The notes beneath the pieces are model-generated. The model worked only from the letters and a program-made list of their open reading frames with translations, was not told the DNA's origin and ran no database searches. The translations under genes and the position numbers were made by a program. Of a stretch of 44,048 bases of DNA, positions 37,080 to 44,048 are shown in pieces (within the stretch, counting starts at the first letter, position 1; the number at the start of each line of letters is the position of its first letter). Origin of the DNA: Clostridia bacterium (lineage in GTDB: Bacteria > Bacillota > DSM-521 > Neomoorellales > Neomoorellaceae); contig JAAYGJ010000266.1 of assembly GCA_012727745.1 (NCBI GenBank), forward strand, positions 1 through 44,048. Reading direction: 5' to 3'.

Positions 37080-37853
37080 TTAGATATGCTTGCGCATCTG
37101 CTGCAGGGCTGCCTTTTCCAGCCTGGAAACCTGCGCCTGGGAAATACCGATTTCTTCAGCCACCTCCATCTGGGTCTTACCCTCAAAAAAGCGTAGCGAC
37201 AAAATCAGGCGCTCGCGAGGGTTCAATTTATTCAAAGCTTCTTTAATGGCTATATTTTCCAGCCAATTACCATCCTGGTTTTTCTCATCCCCGATCTGGT
37301 CCATGACAAAAATTGGATCGCCGCCATCATTATATATGGGTTCAAATAGGGAAACCGGTTCCTGGATTGCATCCAGGGCAAAGATAACCTCCTCCTGGGG
37401 GAGGTCTAGTTCTTGGGCAATTTCCGTTATTGACGGCTCCCGGGCCAGCTTGTTTACCAGGGCATCCCGTACCTGTAAAGCTTTGTATGCTACGTCACGT
37501 AACGAGCGGCTAACCCGGATAGGGTTATTATCGCGCAGGTAGCGCCGGATTTCGCCGATGATCATCGGTACAGCATAAGTAGAAAACTTTACATTCTGTC
37601 CCAGGTCAAAGTTATCAATAGCCTTCATCAGCCCGATACAGCCGACCTGGAAAAGGTCGTCCACATATTCGCCCCGGTTGGTAAAACGCTGGATAACGCT
37701 CAAAACCAGGCGTAAGTTGCCTGTAACTAGTTTTTCCCTTGCTTCCAGCTCGCCATTTTGCATCTGCCGGAATAAGCGCCGCATCTCCTCATTAGTAAGC
37801 AGCGGTAACTTGGAGGTATTCACACCACATATCTCAACTTTATTGATCATCAT
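37080..37853 (-). CDS. sigG: RNA polymerase sporulation sigma factor SigG (SigF/SigG group)
   Basis: KVEICGVNTSKLPLL N-terminus, regions 2-4 (YVDDLFQVGCIGLMKAIDNFD, TQMEVAEEIGISQAQVSRLEK), and position after sigE. ATG 37853 follows a GGAGG RBS. Confidence 0.93.
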   Translation of the reverse strand: MMINKVEICGVNTSKLPLLTNEEMRRLFRQMQNGELEAREKLVTGNLRLVLSVIQRFTNRGEYVDDLFQVGCIGLMKAIDNFDLGQNVKFSTYAVPMIIGEIRRYLRDNNPIRVSRSLRDVAYKALQVRDALVNKLAREPSITEIAQELDLPQEEVIFALDAIQEPVSLFEPIYNDGGDPIFVMDQIGDEKNQDGNWLENIAIKEALNKLNPRERLILSLRFFEGKTQMEVAEEIGISQAQVSRLEKAALQQMRKHI

Positions 37854-37886
37854 AGGCGGGAAACCTCCTGTTGTTGGTTCTTGATT

Positions 37887-37916
37887 AATTATTACCATGC
37901 CTGGCTGCATTTATAC
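37887..37916 (-). promoter_or_regulatory. Sigma-F/G-type forespore promoter for sigG: GTATA-15-GGTAATAAT
   Basis: Matches the B. subtilis sigma-F consensus as I recall it (-35 GYATA, 15-nt spacer, -10 GGnnAnAnT). It lies about 30 nt upstream of the sigG RBS. Confidence 0.5.
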
Positions 37917-37931
37917 TGCCTGGCAAGCATA

Positions 37932-37957
37932 TTAAAAAAGAGCTCCTCCTGAGCTCT
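37932..37957 (-). terminator. Terminator between sigE and sigG
   Basis: Minus strand AGAGCTC-aggag-GAGCTCT followed by TTTTTTAAT. It starts at the last base of the sigE TGA. Confidence 0.65.
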
Positions 37958-38697
37958 CATTCCATGCGGGCTATTTCTTTTCGCAGGCGTTTGATAATAC
38001 GCTTTTCCAAGCGCGAGATATACGACTGGGAAATACCCAGGATATCAGCTACCTCCTTCTGTGTCTTTTCCATCCCGTCCAGCAGGCCGAAGCGAAATTC
38101 CATAATCTTGCGCTCCCGGGGAGTTAATTTACGCATGGCCAGATGCAGCAGCTTGCGGTCTATTTCTTCTTCCAGTGATTTATAAATAATATCATTCTCC
38201 GTGCCCAGCACATCGGAAAGCAACAGCTCGTTGCCATCCCAGTCAATATTTAAGGGCTCGTCAAAAGATACTTCCGATCTGGTTTTATTATTACGGCGCA
38301 AGTACATTAATATTTCATTTTCAATACAACGGGAAGCATATGTAGCCAGCTTGATTCTTTTCTTGGGGTCAAAGGTATTAACAGCCTTAATCAGACCAAT
38401 AGTACCAATAGAGACCAGGTCTTCGATCCCGACGCCGGTATTTTCAAATTTGCGGGCAATATATACTACCAGGCGCAAGTTGCGCTCGATCAGCACCGTT
38501 TTAACCGCCGCTTCGCCGTCCTCCAGGCGCAGCAGCAGGTTTGATTCTTCGTCACTGGAAAGGGGCGGTGGCAGGGCTTCACTACTGCCGACATAAAAAA
38601 CCCGCTCGCGTATTTTTAGCCAGTTTAACAGGCGGTTATAAAACCGGTTAAGTTTTAATTTGCAATTACCTATTAATAGCAACAGTCGCTGCCGCAT
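37957..38697 (-). CDS. sigE: Pro-sigma-E (sporulation sigma factor SigE precursor)
   Basis: Pro-sequence followed by [13 protein letters not shown], regions 2-4 ([41 protein letters not shown]). It begins 13 nt after spoIIGA. Confidence 0.95.
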   Translation of the reverse strand: MRQRLLLLIGNCKLKLNRFYNRLLNWLKIRERVFYVGSSEALPPPLSSDEESNLLLRLEDGEAAVKTVLIERNLRLVVYIARKFENTGVGIEDLVSIGTIGLIKAVNTFDPKKRIKLATYASRCIENEILMYLRRNNKTRSEVSFDEPLNIDWDGNELLLSDVLGTENDIIYKSLEEEIDRKLLHLAMRKLTPRERKIMEFRFGLLDGMEKTQKEVADILGISQSYISRLEKRIIKRLRKEIARME

Positions 38698-38710
38698 CGG
38701 TTCTTCCTCC

Positions 38711-39634
38711 TTAGAGACCCATACTTACTTGCAGCAAGTCCGGATGTAGTAAAGCCCGGTAATTGCCCTGGGGCGACAGCTGCTCCCGACACAAACCCAC
38801 AACTATGTTTTTTAACTTGAGCATGTGTTCATTGGTAACTATAATTACTGCATCGGGCCGGAAACCTAGCAATAGGCCCCGGCTTTCACCGAGAGAATGG
38901 TAGGGCAACAGGCGCAATCTGGTAGCCCAGGGTGAACCTGCCAGAGAAGCAACCACCCGTTCCAGATCCGGCTCCTTAAGACCGCTATACTCTCTTACAA
39001 TCTCTACCGGTAAAATACTCTTCAAGGCGCTGTACTCGACAATGATTACCGGCTGCTGGGAAAGGGGATCGCGCAGGCTGTTACCTGTATCCACCAGGGC
39101 TTTCAGCGCTAACTCCTTGCCGGCAATAGAAATAACTACCGGTAACCGCAGCATATACTCCCAAAAATTCCTTTTAATCCAGCCTGTACCCCAGCGAGCC
39201 AGCAGCAGAGCAGCCGCCCCGGCAGCTAGAAGCCAGGTAAAACGCAAGTTGGGCGAGAAAATGAGGCCTCCGCTCATCACCGCCACTGGCAAATTGCCGC
39301 CGAAAAGGCAAATAGCTCCCAGCATCGCCCCTCCCATAACAAAAGCTGCCAGATAAAAATAAACCAGAGCCTGGAAAAAAAGCCTGACAGTTAAAGGGAA
39401 AAAAGCTACCAGGAGTATTAATATAGAAAAAAAGAGCTTCAAAAATGTTAGCAACCAAACTTCCAGTCCCGGGATTAAGACAGTCAGAGAGCTTACTGCC
39501 CCTACAGCCGCACCGGCTAGCAAACGCCAGCCACAAGTAGGTATCTGTCCCAGGCGGGCTGCGGTCCAGAGAATAAGGTAGTCCATAACCAGGTTAATTG
39601 CCAGCACAATATCTATATATACTACTACCGGCAA
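38711..39634 (-). CDS. spoIIGA: Sigma-E processing aspartic protease SpoIIGA
   Basis: [22 protein letters not shown]-terminus, five TM helices, C-terminal [14 protein letters not shown] (DTG aspartyl protease motif). TTG 39634 follows a GGGGAGGGGG RBS at 9 nt; the longest ORF (ATG 39682) has no RBS. Confidence 0.85.
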   Translation of the reverse strand: MPVVVYIDIVLAINLVMDYLILWTAARLGQIPTCGWRLLAGAAVGAVSSLTVLIPGLEVWLLTFLKLFFSILILLVAFFPLTVRLFFQALVYFYLAAFVMGGAMLGAICLFGGNLPVAVMSGGLIFSPNLRFTWLLAAGAAALLLARWGTGWIKRNFWEYMLRLPVVISIAGKELALKALVDTGNSLRDPLSQQPVIIVEYSALKSILPVEIVREYSGLKEPDLERVVASLAGSPWATRLRLLPYHSLGESRGLLLGFRPDAVIIVTNEHMLKLKNIVVGLCREQLSPQGNYRALLHPDLLQVSMGL

Positions 39635-39715
39635 ACTCCCATACCCCCTCCCCTGGCATACAACCCTAATCGTTACCATCATATGAGCTTTATGGCAATT
39701 TCATTACCTGTAGCT

Positions 39716-39748
39716 ATTATATAATTAGCCGTTAGAAAAACATGTCAG
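39716..39748 (-). promoter_or_regulatory. spoIIG-type promoter candidate: CTGACA (-35-like) - 21 nt - TATAAT
   Basis: Read on the minus strand between the ftsZ terminator and spoIIGA. The overlong spacer resembles the Spo0A-dependent B. subtilis spoIIG promoter (22 nt). Confidence 0.35.
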
Positions 39749-39759
39749 ATAATGGCAGC

Positions 39760-39786
39760 AAAAAAGGCGACTTATATCGCCTTTTT
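39760..39786 (-). terminator. Strong rho-independent terminator after ftsZ (symmetrical)
   Basis: AAAAAGGCGA-6nt-TCGCCTTTTT, a perfect 10-bp stem flanked by A/T runs. Confidence 0.85.
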
Positions 39787-39821
39787 AGTTAGCTATAATG
39801 GGATTTAATTATGGGATTATG

Positions 39822-40883
39822 CTACTTGCGCCGCAGAAAAGCCGGTATGTCCAGGTCGTCAATATCAAATGTCTTGATATTGAGATCTACCTCTTCCCGG
39901 GTTGCTGCCACCTGCTTCTGCGATGCAGCTGTTTCAAAGCCAGTAGCAATAACTGTTATCCGGATTTCGTCCTTCAAGTTTTCGTCTATTACAGCCCCAA
40001 AGATTATGTTGGCTTCCGGGTCAGCTGCTTCAGCCACAATTTGGGCGGCCTCATTTACCTCAAACAAGCCTAGATTGGAGCCACCGGTAATATTCAGCAA
40101 CACTCCCTGGGCACCTTCGATTGAAGTTTCCAGCAAGGGACTGGAAATGGCCATTTTAGCTGCTTCCACCGCTCTTTTCTCACCGGTAGCCCGACCAATA
40201 CCCATCAGCGCCGAACCTGCATCAAGCATAATGGTCTTCACGTCGGCAAAATCGAGGTTAATTAAACCTGGTACGGCAATCAGGTCGGAAATGCCCTGCA
40301 CACCCTGACGCAAGACGTCGTCGGCAATACGAAAGGCTTCAATAATAGAAGTCTGTTTGTCGGCAATTTGTAATAAGCGGTCGTTAGGAATAACGATCAG
40401 CGTGTCAACCTTAGACTTTAATTCGGCAATCCCTTCTTCAGCCTGGGTAGCCCGCTTACGCCCTTCAAAGCTAAAAGGACGGGTAACAACACCTACCGTC
40501 AGTGAACCGGCTTCTTTGGCCAGCTCGGCCACTACCGGAGCCGCGCCGGTACCTGTACCGCCACCCATACCAGCGGTAACAAAAACCATGTCAGCTCCCT
40601 GCAAACGCTGGGCCAGTTCTTCCTTGCTTTCCTCAGCTGCTTTTTTACCTATCTCCGGATTAGCTCCGGCACCCAGACCTTTAGTCAGTTTGGCTCCAAT
40701 TTGTACTTTCTGTTCAGCCTGACAAAGGCGTAGAGCCTGGGCATCCGTATTAATACTAATAAATTCTACCCCGCGCAGCCCGGCAGTTATCATCCGGTTT
40801 ACTGCGTTATTACCCCCACCACCTACTCCTACTACTTTGATAGTAGCAGAATGGCTGATATCGCTATCATCGAATTCCAGCAC
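39822..40883 (-). CDS. ftsZ: Cell division GTPase FtsZ
   Basis: [28 protein letters not shown] (tubulin signature), C-terminal [12 protein letters not shown] start with a GGAGGAG RBS. Confidence 0.97.
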   Translation of the reverse strand: MLEFDDSDISHSATIKVVGVGGGGNNAVNRMITAGLRGVEFISINTDAQALRLCQAEQKVQIGAKLTKGLGAGANPEIGKKAAEESKEELAQRLQGADMVFVTAGMGGGTGTGAAPVVAELAKEAGSLTVGVVTRPFSFEGRKRATQAEEGIAELKSKVDTLIVIPNDRLLQIADKQTSIIEAFRIADDVLRQGVQGISDLIAVPGLINLDFADVKTIMLDAGSALMGIGRATGEKRAVEAAKMAISSPLLETSIEGAQGVLLNITGGSNLGLFEVNEAAQIVAEAADPEANIIFGAVIDENLKDEIRITVIATGFETAASQKQVAATREEVDLNIKTFDIDDLDIPAFLRRK

Positions 40884-40903
40884 CCAGAACTCCTCCTTTT
40901 ATG

Positions 40904-42139
40904 CTAAAAAAGTTCGCGCCACCAGTTTTTTAGACGTTGCCAAAATCCTGCCCATATTGCTTCTTGACCGGCAGCAGCCTGGGAATAAGCCAGGCGGTTG
41001 GCACCATAACGCAGTAAACCTACTGCCGTCGCATAAGCCGGATTAGCCACCATATCGGCCAGCCCTCCGTTACCCTCGGGTACACCCAAACGTACCGGCA
41101 TACCCAGGACCTCGCTGCTCAGCTGCGTCATCCCTTTCAGTAAAGCCCCGCCACCGGTTAATATTACCCCCCCAGGAAGCAGGGTCTGAGGATCGGCAGC
41201 ATTAATTTTTTGCAGAGCAAGGGTAAAAATCTCCTCTACTCGGGGCTCAATTATAGTCGCCAGGGTTTTTAAGGAGACCCGCCTTTTTTCTTTGCCCCCC
41301 ACCGGAGGCACTTCAATAAACTGTTCGTCATTATCTATAAGCCCGGCAAAGACGCAGCCATGTTCTTTTTTAATACCTTCTGCCTGGAGAATGGGAGTCC
41401 GCAAACCTACAGCCAGATCGCCAGTTATATGCTCACTGCCAACCGGTAAAACTGCAGCAAACCACAGGCTTCCCTGGTAGATTATAGCTATTTCCGTAGT
41501 GCCGCCACCTATATCAATCACTACGGCGCCAAGCTCCTTTTCAGCCTGTTGCAAGACAGCTTCAGCCGAGGCCAGCGGGTTTAGCACCAGCTCGTCAACT
41601 GTCAGGTTAGCCCGCTGCACGCTCTTCAGAGTAATCTGGACTACAGCCCCGGCAGCAGTAACGATCTGGGTTTCAACTTCCAGGCGCGAACCGCTCATGC
41701 CTACAGGGTCTGTAATGCCATCGTAGCCGTCAACAATATACTGGCGTGGTAGCACATGAATGACTCGCCTTTCTGCTGTCAGGGGTATTACCCGCGCCGC
41801 CTGGAGGACCCGCTGCACGTCTTCAGGAGTAATTTCACCTTCCTCGCCGGCAACGGCTACTACTCCTTTGTTATTGATAGACTGAATATGAGGCCCTGTC
41901 AGGCCGACAAAAGCGGAGTTAATCTTTAGACCGCTCATGCGTTCAGCCTGTTCAACAGCCTTTTCGATGGCCCGGGCTGTATTTTCAATATCAATAATAA
42001 TGCCCTTACGCAAACCCCCGGAAGAGGTCTCCCCCAGACCGACAATATCCAGGCGTCCCTCGCTATTTACTTCGGCTACAACTACAACCACCTTGGTAGT
42101 GCCTATATCGAGACCGACTATCATATTATCTCTGGGCAA
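40904..42139 (-). CDS. ftsA: Cell division protein FtsA
   Basis: IVGLDIGTTKVVVVVAE, DIGGGTTEIAI, and a C-terminal amphipathic helix (WQRLKNWWRELF). TTG 42139 sits at good spacing from a GGAGG RBS; the longest ORF starts at the GTG at 42148. Confidence 0.95.
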   Translation of the reverse strand: MPRDNMIVGLDIGTTKVVVVVAEVNSEGRLDIVGLGETSSGGLRKGIIIDIENTARAIEKAVEQAERMSGLKINSAFVGLTGPHIQSINNKGVVAVAGEEGEITPEDVQRVLQAARVIPLTAERRVIHVLPRQYIVDGYDGITDPVGMSGSRLEVETQIVTAAGAVVQITLKSVQRANLTVDELVLNPLASAEAVLQQAEKELGAVVIDIGGGTTEIAIIYQGSLWFAAVLPVGSEHITGDLAVGLRTPILQAEGIKKEHGCVFAGLIDNDEQFIEVPPVGGKEKRRVSLKTLATIIEPRVEEIFTLALQKINAADPQTLLPGGVILTGGGALLKGMTQLSSEVLGMPVRLGVPEGNGGLADMVANPAYATAVGLLRYGANRLAYSQAAAGQEAIWAGFWQRLKNWWRELF

Positions 42140-42180
42140 TTCCGGCACCTCCAGGCGAGTTGCTTTTCTATTACATGGAA

Positions 42181-42205
42181 ATTCAACATAAATCTGTCAT
42201 TTCCT
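42181..42205 (-). promoter_or_regulatory. Sigma-H-type promoter candidate upstream of ftsA: AGGAAAT-14 nt-GAAT
   Basis: Fits the RnAGGAwWW - 11/12 nt - RnnGAAT consensus as I recall it. It lies about 35 nt upstream of the ftsA RBS. Confidence 0.35.
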
Positions 42206-42225
42206 CTTTAACACAAGCATATTTG

Positions 42226-42555
42226 TTATCTTTTTAATAAATGCCGTCTGATAACCGCCAGATTCTGAAACAAACGCACCCCAAAAACAAGTACTGCCGC
42301 CAGGTAGAGCTCAACTCCCAGTTGGTCGCCGATATAAGCCAGAAATGCTGCCAGTAATATATTCGAGAAAAAACCGCTTAGAAAAATAGCATTATCGAAA
42401 TTATCCTCTATACTTGCCCTGATACCGCCAAACACTGAATCCAGGGCGGCCAGAACTGCTACTGACATATATTTGCTATAAACTACCGGTATTTTTACCG
42501 GTAACAGCAAACCTAGTGCCACCCCCATCAGCAGACCGATTAATGCTACCCACAT
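42226..42555 (-). CDS. sbp: Small basic protein Sbp (DUF1290) of the dcw cluster
   Basis: Three to four TM helices, YSKYMSVAVLAALDSVFGGIRA block, position between divIB and ftsA. Confidence 0.85.
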   Translation of the reverse strand: MWVALIGLLMGVALGLLLPVKIPVVYSKYMSVAVLAALDSVFGGIRASIEDNFDNAIFLSGFFSNILLAAFLAYIGDQLGVELYLAAVLVFGVRLFQNLAVIRRHLLKR

Positions 42556-42583
42556 TTAACTCACCCCTTCAACCTGAAGACTA

Positions 42584-43327
42584 CTACCTGTATTTCACTA
42601 CTGGAGGGCCTGCGTAACTGACATCAATATATTCAACCGGCCTCCCGGCATCAAGACCGGTTAAAGCCTCCTGCAGACGAGCCAGCTTAGCAGTTATGTT
42701 TTGACAGTCGCCAAATCGTACCACAATATTGCCCTCCCAGATTAGTTTCAGGTCAGTAGGCGATACTGCTACAATTTCCTGAAGCCGGTTTAAATCGCCG
42801 GATGGCAGTTGTTTTGCGACCTCCAGGGCGGCATGCAAGCACTCATCTTCTATTGCTTGTCCAGGAGCAAGGTCTGCCAGGGTGGCAATGCCGGAAATAA
42901 GTGGCAGGTTTAAATGGCCGATTCTGGCCAGTCTTTCCATTATAACTCCGCTACCATCAAGTAGAAAAAAAACACCGTCCTGTACTATTAGGGCTACCGG
43001 TACCCTTTCGGTAATATTGACAACCAGGGTTCGGGGCCACTGGCGTTTAACCTGGGCAGATGCTACCAGTGGTTGGGTAGCCAGGCGTTTTTCAATAAGC
43101 TCGGTGTCCAAATGCCAGAGATTAATACCTTTTTCAACTCCCAGTACACGCTCCAGCTCGTCGGCAGGGATATTATAATTTCCATTAATAATAATTTTTT
43201 CCAGGCAAAAAAAGCTTGAATTAATAAAATAAAATGATGCTACCGTCGATAATAATATCAGCAATAAACGCCTGGCCCTCTGCCTCCGCAGGCGATAAAC
43301 GCGAGGTGAATGAGCTGGAACAACCAT
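42584..43327 (-). CDS. divIB: Cell division protein DivIB/FtsQ (POTRA domain)
   Basis: Basic N-terminus, one TM helix, POTRA-like IIINGNYNIPADELERVLGV..GINLWHLD, position before ftsA. Confidence 0.85.
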   Translation of the reverse strand: MVVPAHSPRVYRLRRQRARRLLLILLSTVASFYFINSSFFCLEKIIINGNYNIPADELERVLGVEKGINLWHLDTELIEKRLATQPLVASAQVKRQWPRTLVVNITERVPVALIVQDGVFFLLDGSGVIMERLARIGHLNLPLISGIATLADLAPGQAIEDECLHAALEVAKQLPSGDLNRLQEIVAVSPTDLKLIWEGNIVVRFGDCQNITAKLARLQEALTGLDAGRPVEYIDVSYAGPPVVKYR

Positions 43328-43348
43328 ATTCCTACCTCATTTAATGTC

Positions 43349-43376
43349 ATTATATCAGAAAATGTAAGCCTGTCCA
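43349..43376 (-). promoter_or_regulatory. Probable sigma-A promoter TGGACA-16-TATAAT upstream of divIB
   Basis: Hexamers read on the minus strand in the 110-bp murA-divIB gap. Confidence 0.45.
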
Positions 43377-43437
43377 CTTGTGTGGCAAGTTGTTTGCGGT
43401 GGGAGGTTGAGAGGTGAAAGAACTCACCCCCCACTTT

Positions 43438-44048
43438 TTAGCTCTGAGTATTTAACTTCAGATTAATCCCAGGCATATTACAGTTCCCGCCTTTTTTCTG
43501 GCGCCGGATATCTGCACCCAGGCTGCCTAAACGGGCTTCCAAGCGTTCGTAGCCCCGGTCCAGATGATGGACGCCTTCCACCCGAGTTTGCCCTTCAGCC
43601 ATAAGACCGGCTATGACCAGGGCTGCAGCTGCTCTGAGGTCAGATGCTTCAACTACGGTGCCGCTTAAAGCCGGAACACCATTTATTATTGCAACCCTTC
43701 CCTCTATTTTTATATCGGCACCAAGCCGTAATAGTTCAGCAGCATGTTTAAAGCGGTTGTCGAAGATACTTTCCACCAATACGCTGGTCCCCTCGGCAAC
43801 CGTCATCAGGGCCATGAGCTGGGGCTGCATATCTGTAGGAAAGCCAGGATAAGGCATGGTCTTGCAGTCAACTGCTTTTAATCGCTGCACGCCCTGCAGG
43901 CGCACACCGTCCTTTTCAATAGTAATGCGCGCCCCCATTTCCGCTAACTTGGCCAAAATAGCCGGGAGATGCTCGGGCATACATTCCTGTACGAATATAT
44001 CACCGCCGCAACCTGCTGCTGCTGCCAGCAGCGTGCCGGTTTCTATAC
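43438..44048 (-). CDS. murA: UDP-N-acetylglucosamine 1-carboxyvinyltransferase, C-terminal part (runs off the window edge)
   Basis: MPYPGFPTDMQPQLMALMTVAEGTS...DLRAAAALVIAGL...HLDRGYE is typical MurA. The frame stays open to position 44048. Confidence 0.93.
   Translation of the reverse strand, partial: IETGTLLAAAAGCGGDIFVQECMPEHLPAILAKLAEMGARITIEKDGVRLQGVQRLKAVDCKTMPYPGFPTDMQPQLMALMTVAEGTSVLVESIFDNRFKHAAELLRLGADIKIEGRVAIINGVPALSGTVVEASDLRAAAALVIAGLMAEGQTRVEGVHHLDRGYERLEARLGSLGADIRRQKKGGNCNMPGINLKLNTQS

Noticed and set aside
39811-40722. Plus-strand ORFs antisense to ftsZ (165 and 121 aa)
   Set aside because: They lie opposite one of the most conserved genes in the window and have no independent signals.
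1-44048. Apparent excess of GTG/TTG start codons
   Set aside because: This is partly an artefact of longest-ORF calling. In several cases (coaBC, dapL, sigG, ylmC) an internal ATG with a good RBS is the better start. Genuine non-ATG starts (ileS TTG, ftsZ GTG, lspA TTG, rpoZ TTG) are normal for Firmicutes.

Overview
Chromosomal segment of an endospore-forming Firmicute. Gene content and order look Clostridia/Peptococcaceae-like, but I cannot name the species. There are about 50 protein genes, mostly on the minus strand, and many are coupled by ATGA start/stop overlaps. Minus-strand order from the right edge: murA (partial)-divIB-sbp-ftsA-ftsZ | spoIIGA-sigE | sigG-spoIIR | ylmC-pgeF(ylmD)-HlyD-like-yggS(ylmE)-sepF-proC-yggT-divIVA-ileS-pduL | DUF5665-like-yteA/ylyA-like-lspA-rluD-DUF2007-like-permuted methyltransferase-AEC transporter | tandem HARE-HTH coiled-coil protein | ABC-2 exporter | pyrF. 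Next come rqcH (plus strand), Ca-ATPase(yloB-like)-dapF-dapL, yicC-remA, and rpoZ-coaBC-metK. The left end holds a looser patch of membrane and small proteins (half-size ChrA, LysE, DUF554, holin-like, DUF378, XRE-like) and a livHMGF-type ABC importer on the plus strand. The window is largely collinear with the B. subtilis dcw/spoIIG/ylm/ileS/lspA ... yloA-yloC/rpoZ/coaBC region, which makes the insertions and losses stand out. I saw no rRNA, tRNA, CRISPR array, transposase or integrase. Nothing here is a proven new system. The best candidates are the rluD-to-pyrF insertion (double HARE-HTH/coiled-coil protein plus an orphan amino-methyltransferase with permuted motif order) and a pump-less HlyD-like protein inside the division cluster. 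All promoter and terminator calls are motif- or hairpin-based readings by eye.
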